Origin: Myxococcales bacterium
GTDB lineage: Bacteria; Myxococcota_A; UBA9042
Length of the DNA: 11,276 nucleotides
Assembly: GCA_037441385.1 (NCBI GenBank)
Contig: JBBISH010000165.1
Span: forward strand, 1-11,276
Reading direction: 5' to 3'
Numbering within the stretch: the stretch's first letter is position 1; every line of letters begins with the position of its first letter. A program made the position numbers and the translations under genes. The notes beneath the pieces are model-generated. The model was given only the letters and a program-made list of their open reading frames with translations, searched no databases and was not told where the DNA came from. Positions 7,515 to 11,276 of this stretch are shown here, in pieces.

Positions 7515-10467
7515 GGCAACACCCCCTTGTACCAGCGCCAGAAGCCCCACCAGATGGCGGTCGGGCCGGCCGAGGTGGCCTTGCCCGACGCCAAGTTGCG
7601 CGAAAATACCGTATCTACGCCATAGGTTGGCCCGTTTCCCTGCAAGCGCGCCGCAGCAAACCCAAGCTCGAAGTCCTTGGCCTTGCAGCCCTCGTCAGTC
7701 ACTCCATCGCAGGTGTCGTCTAGGCCGTTGCAGAGCTCGCTCGCCGCCGGCACCACCGCCCCTTGGCAGGCCCCCAGCACGCCTTTGTCGTCGCAAGTCT
7801 GCTTGCCGCCGACGCAAATGCCCTTGCCCTGGGTGCCCGCCGGCCCGCCGTAGCAGGCGAGCTGCTTGCCCGCGCTGACCGCAAACACGCACCCCTTCCC
7901 CGCATCGCAACTGTCCGCCGTGCAAGGATTCCCATCGTCGCACGCCACCGTCGCCCCGGCTGCGCAGGCCCCCGCCTTGCACGCGTCGCCGGCCGTGCAC
8001 GCCGAGCCATCCGAACAACTCGCCCCGTCGTCCTTGCTCACCATCGCGCAAGTGCCCGTCTTGGCTGCGCATGTGTTGACCGCGCACGCGCCGTCCTGGC
8101 TGTTGTCGCAGACGACCGCGGTGTTCGGCTTGGCCTTGCAGGCGACCGGCACGGCGCTCTTGTCGCAGAAGTCCACGCCGTTGCACAGGTTGCCGTCGCC
8201 TGGGCAGTCCGAGTCCTGCTGGCACGCGCAGACCGCCGCGCCGGGCACGCACTTTCCAGCCTGGCACGCGTCGCCCTGAGTGCACGGATCGCCGTCGCTG
8301 CAGGCGCCCACCGCCGCGACCGACACGCAACCCTTGGCCGGGTCACAGCTATCCGTCGTGCACGCGTTGCCGTCGTCGCAGCCGAGCGCCGCGCCCTTGG
8401 TGCACACACCGCCCTGGCACAAGTCGCCGGCGGTGCAGACCGAGCCATCGGCATCGCACGGGCTACCGGTCTGTGGCGCGTGGGTGCAGCCGGCCGTCCC
8501 GTCGCAACTGTCGGTAGTGCAAGGGTTACCGTCATCGCACGCCACCGCCGTGCCCGCCAGGCAGGCCCCAACCTGACAGGCGTCGCCCTGGGTGCAGGCC
8601 GAGCCGTCCTCGCAGTTTGCGCCGTTGGCCAGCGACTTCATGGCGCATTTGCCCGTGCCGGGGTCGCACTGGCTCTTGGCGCAGCCCGTGTCGAGCGACG
8701 TGGAGCACAAGACCAGCGACAGCGGCGCCACCTTGCACACCGCCGCGCCGGCCGACTTGTCGCAGAACGGCAGGCCGTTGCAGAGGTTGTCGTCGTCGGG
8801 GCAGTCGGCGTCGCTCTGGCAGGCGCAGACCGAGGCGCCCGGTTGGCACTTGCCGGCGGCGCAGGTGTCGCCCTTGCTGCAGGGGTTGCCGTCGTCGCAC
8901 GCCGCGGTGGTCTCGCTGTGGGCGCAGCCAAGGGCCACGTCGCAGCTGTCCGTCGTGCAAGGGTTCTCGTCGTCGCAGCTCTGAGCCTTGCCGGTGCACT
9001 GGCCGCCCTGGCAGGTGTCGCCGCTGGTGCAGGCGTTGCCGTCGTCGCAGGCGATCGCCCCTTGGCTGGCCGCCGCACAGCCGGTCTTGGGCTCGCACAA
9101 GTCCTGGGTGCAGGGGTTGCCGTCGTCGCAGAGCTTGGCCACGCCCTTGCACGCGCCGCCCGCGCAGGCATCCGCGGTGGTGCACGGCAGGCCGTCGTCG
9201 CAGGGCGTGGTGTCGGCGGCGTTGCCGTACTTGCACTTGCCGGTCTGCAGGTCGCACACGGCCGTCTGGCAACCGTCGGGCGCTGCGCAGGTCTTGGCGG
9301 GGCCGCCTTGGCACTGCCCGGCCTGGCAGACGTCGCCCACCGTGCAGGGGTTGTCGTCTTCGCACGGCACGCCGTCTCCCGCGGTGTGCGTGCAGCCCTT
9401 GGCCAGGTCGCAACTGTCCGTGGTGCAAGGGTTGTTGTCGTTACAGTTCAGGGCGGGTCCGGCGGTGCAGGTGCCGGCCTGACACACGTCGGCGGGGGTG
9501 CAGGCCGAGCCATCCGCGTCGCAGGCGGTGCCGTTCTGCGGCGTGTGCTTGCAGCCGCCCTTGCCGTCGCAGACGTCTTGGGTGCACGCGTTCTTGTCGT
9601 CGCAGCTGCCTTCGTCGGTCTGGCCGTCGCAGTCGTCGTCTTCGCCGTTGCAGGTCTCGGCGGTGGCGGCGGGGCGGTGCAGTCGCCCAGGCCGGTTGGG
9701 CCGCAGGTCCGCGTGCCCTTGCAGGTACCGATGGCTTGCCCCTCGGGTCCCTTGACCTCCACCGCGCAGGGAGTCGACAAGCCTTTGCCAGCCGCGGCCT
9801 TGCTGCACGGGCACACACCCCACGGTCCGCCGGGCGTATCGGGGCTGCGGACGCACTGTTTGGTAGCTGGGCCTGGCTTGCCGTCCGGCCCGTCGACGCT
9901 CGCCACACTGTCGCACTGGTAGCCGTTTGGGCAGTCGCTGGCGTTGCTGCAGGCGGTGCCGCAGAAGTTGCCCAGCTTGCCTTGGCTGGTGCAGACGGAG
10001 TCGCTGAGGCCCAGGGCCTGGCAGTCCTTGCTGCTGGCGCACGGGTCGCACAGGTGGGCGTAGTGGGGCACGCAAAAGGTGCTGATGTAGCCTGCAGGTC
10101 CGGTCAGTGGCCGGCACAGGTAGCCTTCGGGGCACTGGCTGTTGCAGGCGCGGGCGCATGCGCGGCCGGTGTCGACGCTGGGGTCGTCGATGCACAGGCC
10201 GCCCTCGCAGTCGGTGTTCTCGCTGCACGGGCAGCTGGCGCCGCCGGGGCAGTTGGCGACGAGGTCGGCGGTGTTGGAGCCGTCGAGACTGCCAATGGAG
10301 TCGCTCTCTTGGCCGTCGCCGAGGCTCGCGTCGAAGCTGAGCTGGATGTCAGCCGACTTCGCGGATGTCGCCGGGCTTGCTGAGCCGCATGCCACTGCCA
10401 GCAGGAGCATGGCGGGCCCAAGCAGATGACTGGTGAATCTGTAGAGCGTTGGCTCGGTTGGACGCAT
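7511..10467 (-). pseudogene. Large cysteine-rich lipoprotein (~985 aa if repaired) with a 1-bp frameshift near 9664-9675
   Basis: From ATG 10467: MRPTEP...MLLLAVAC (lipobox) and Cys-rich sequence to GDCTAPP. The Cys-rich sense then continues in the adjacent frame as TAETCNGEDDDCDGQTDEG, with many CDDGNPCTxDxC repeats and ELCNGLDDTCDGVTDEGC, to the stop at 7511. The length of 2957 nt is one base short of a multiple of 3. It may be a true pseudogene or a sequencing error. Confidence 0.82.
7893..8975 (-). repeat. Intragenic higher-order duplication (offset ~597 nt / 199 aa)
   Basis: VCACQSDADCPDDDNLCNGLPFCDKS...GANCEDGSACTQGDAC...VACDDGNPCTTDSCD recurs as VCACQQDSDCPGDGNLCNGVDFCDKS...GASCSDGSACTAGDAC...VACDDGNPCTADSCD. 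Boundaries are approximate. Confidence 0.75.
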
Positions 10468-10553
10468 GGTTCGGTCCCAGTCGTCGTTCCGCACCTGGCA
10501 GCGCGGTATTCGTGCCAGGAGTCTGCGCCCGGCGTGGGCCGCCGTCAATTCGC

Positions 10554-10583
10554 TTGCACCGCGTCGTGTCGCCCTGGCAGACT
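10554..10583 (+). promoter_or_regulatory. Putative sigma70 promoter for the Uma2 gene
   Basis: TTGCAC (10554-10559), 18-nt spacer ending in TGG (extended -10), then CAGACT (10578-10583). RBS GAGGT at 10611-10615. Confidence 0.35.
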
Positions 10584-10619
10584 GTCGATGGCCCCCGCGC
10601 CAACACCTCTGAGGTGCCC

Positions 10620-11213
10620 ATGCCCGCCCCCAAACCCGTACATGCTCCCTACACCTACACCGATTACCTGGCCTGGGACGACGGCCAGCGCTGGGAAATC
10701 ATCGACGGCGAGGCCATTTGTATGTCGCCTGCACCCACGCCGGTTCATCAGACGGTGGTGGTCGAGGTAGCGGCGCAACTGGTGCAGCAGCTCCGCGGCA
10801 AGCGCTGCCAGGCCTTCGTGTCGCCCATCGACGTCCGCCTGCCCAAGCCCGGCCAGAGCGACGAGGCCACCGACCGCGTACTGCAGCCCGACCTGCTGGT
10901 GGTCTGCGACCCCGACAAGGTGGACCAGCGCGGGGTGCGCGGCGCGCCCGACTTCGTCATCGAAGTGCTGTCGCCGAGCACCCTCAGCCACGACCACGTG
11001 CGCAAGCGCCGCGTGTACGAAGCCGCGGGCGTGCGCGAATACTGGCTGGTGCATCCGCGCGACCGGGTCGTGCTCATCTATGTGCTGGAGAACGGCCGCT
11101 ACAGCGCCCCAGATGTGCGGGAATTCAACGAGGTGACCCCCATCGGGGTGCTGCCGGACGTGGTGGTCGACTGGGCGCCGGTGGTCGAGCGGTTGGGGGC
11201 GGAGACGCCGTGA
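10620..11213 (+). CDS. Uma2 family PD-(D/E)xK endonuclease, 197 aa
   Basis: YTYTDY...RWEIIDG...MSPAP...HQ...QPDLLVVCD...GAPDFVIEVLSPST...D...K...YEAAGVREYWLVHP is the Uma2/DUF820 signature. ATG 10620 follows GAGGT. Confidence 0.95.
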   Translation: MPAPKPVHAPYTYTDYLAWDDGQRWEIIDGEAICMSPAPTPVHQTVVVEVAAQLVQQLRGKRCQAFVSPIDVRLPKPGQSDEATDRVLQPDLLVVCDPDKVDQRGVRGAPDFVIEVLSPSTLSHDHVRKRRVYEAAGVREYWLVHPRDRVVLIYVLENGRYSAPDVREFNEVTPIGVLPDVVVDWAPVVERLGAETP

Positions 11214-11276
11214 TGCGAGTCAGCTTCCAGTGAGGAAATGATTAGTTCCATATAGTTCGGTGGGGAGGGCCCAGCC

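Noticed and set aside
7763..10383. Long + strand ORFs (719 aa, 588 aa and others) and alternative-frame Arg-rich ORFs
   Set aside because: These are shadows of the repetitive high-GC Cys-rich gene and carry no recognisable motifs.

Overview
High-GC bacterial DNA whose gene content suggests Myxococcota or a related deltaproteobacterium. A minus-strand cell-surface locus consists of a ~985-aa cysteine-rich lipoprotein gene broken by a 1-bp frameshift (7511-10467), a translationally coupled secreted Gly-rich, fibre-like protein (5730-7514) and a second Cys-rich lipoprotein that runs off the left edge (1-1368). This locus is interrupted by a ~4.3-kb accessory block (about 1370-5730). The block holds three toxin-antitoxin-type pairs (two divergent DUF4160/DUF2442 pairs and higBA), an uncharacterised HExxH...ExFA metallopeptidase-like protein and a tiny two-repeat zinc-finger protein. 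A Uma2 endonuclease gene lies at the right end. Non-coding highlights: a 99-bp MITE with a 4-bp target duplication inserted in the loop of one of two inverted REP-like hairpins, a 41-bp orphan copy of the higA helix-turn-helix DNA, a leaderless higBA promoter with two tandem operators, and a perfect 22-bp palindrome. All calls come from reading the sequence; no searches were run.
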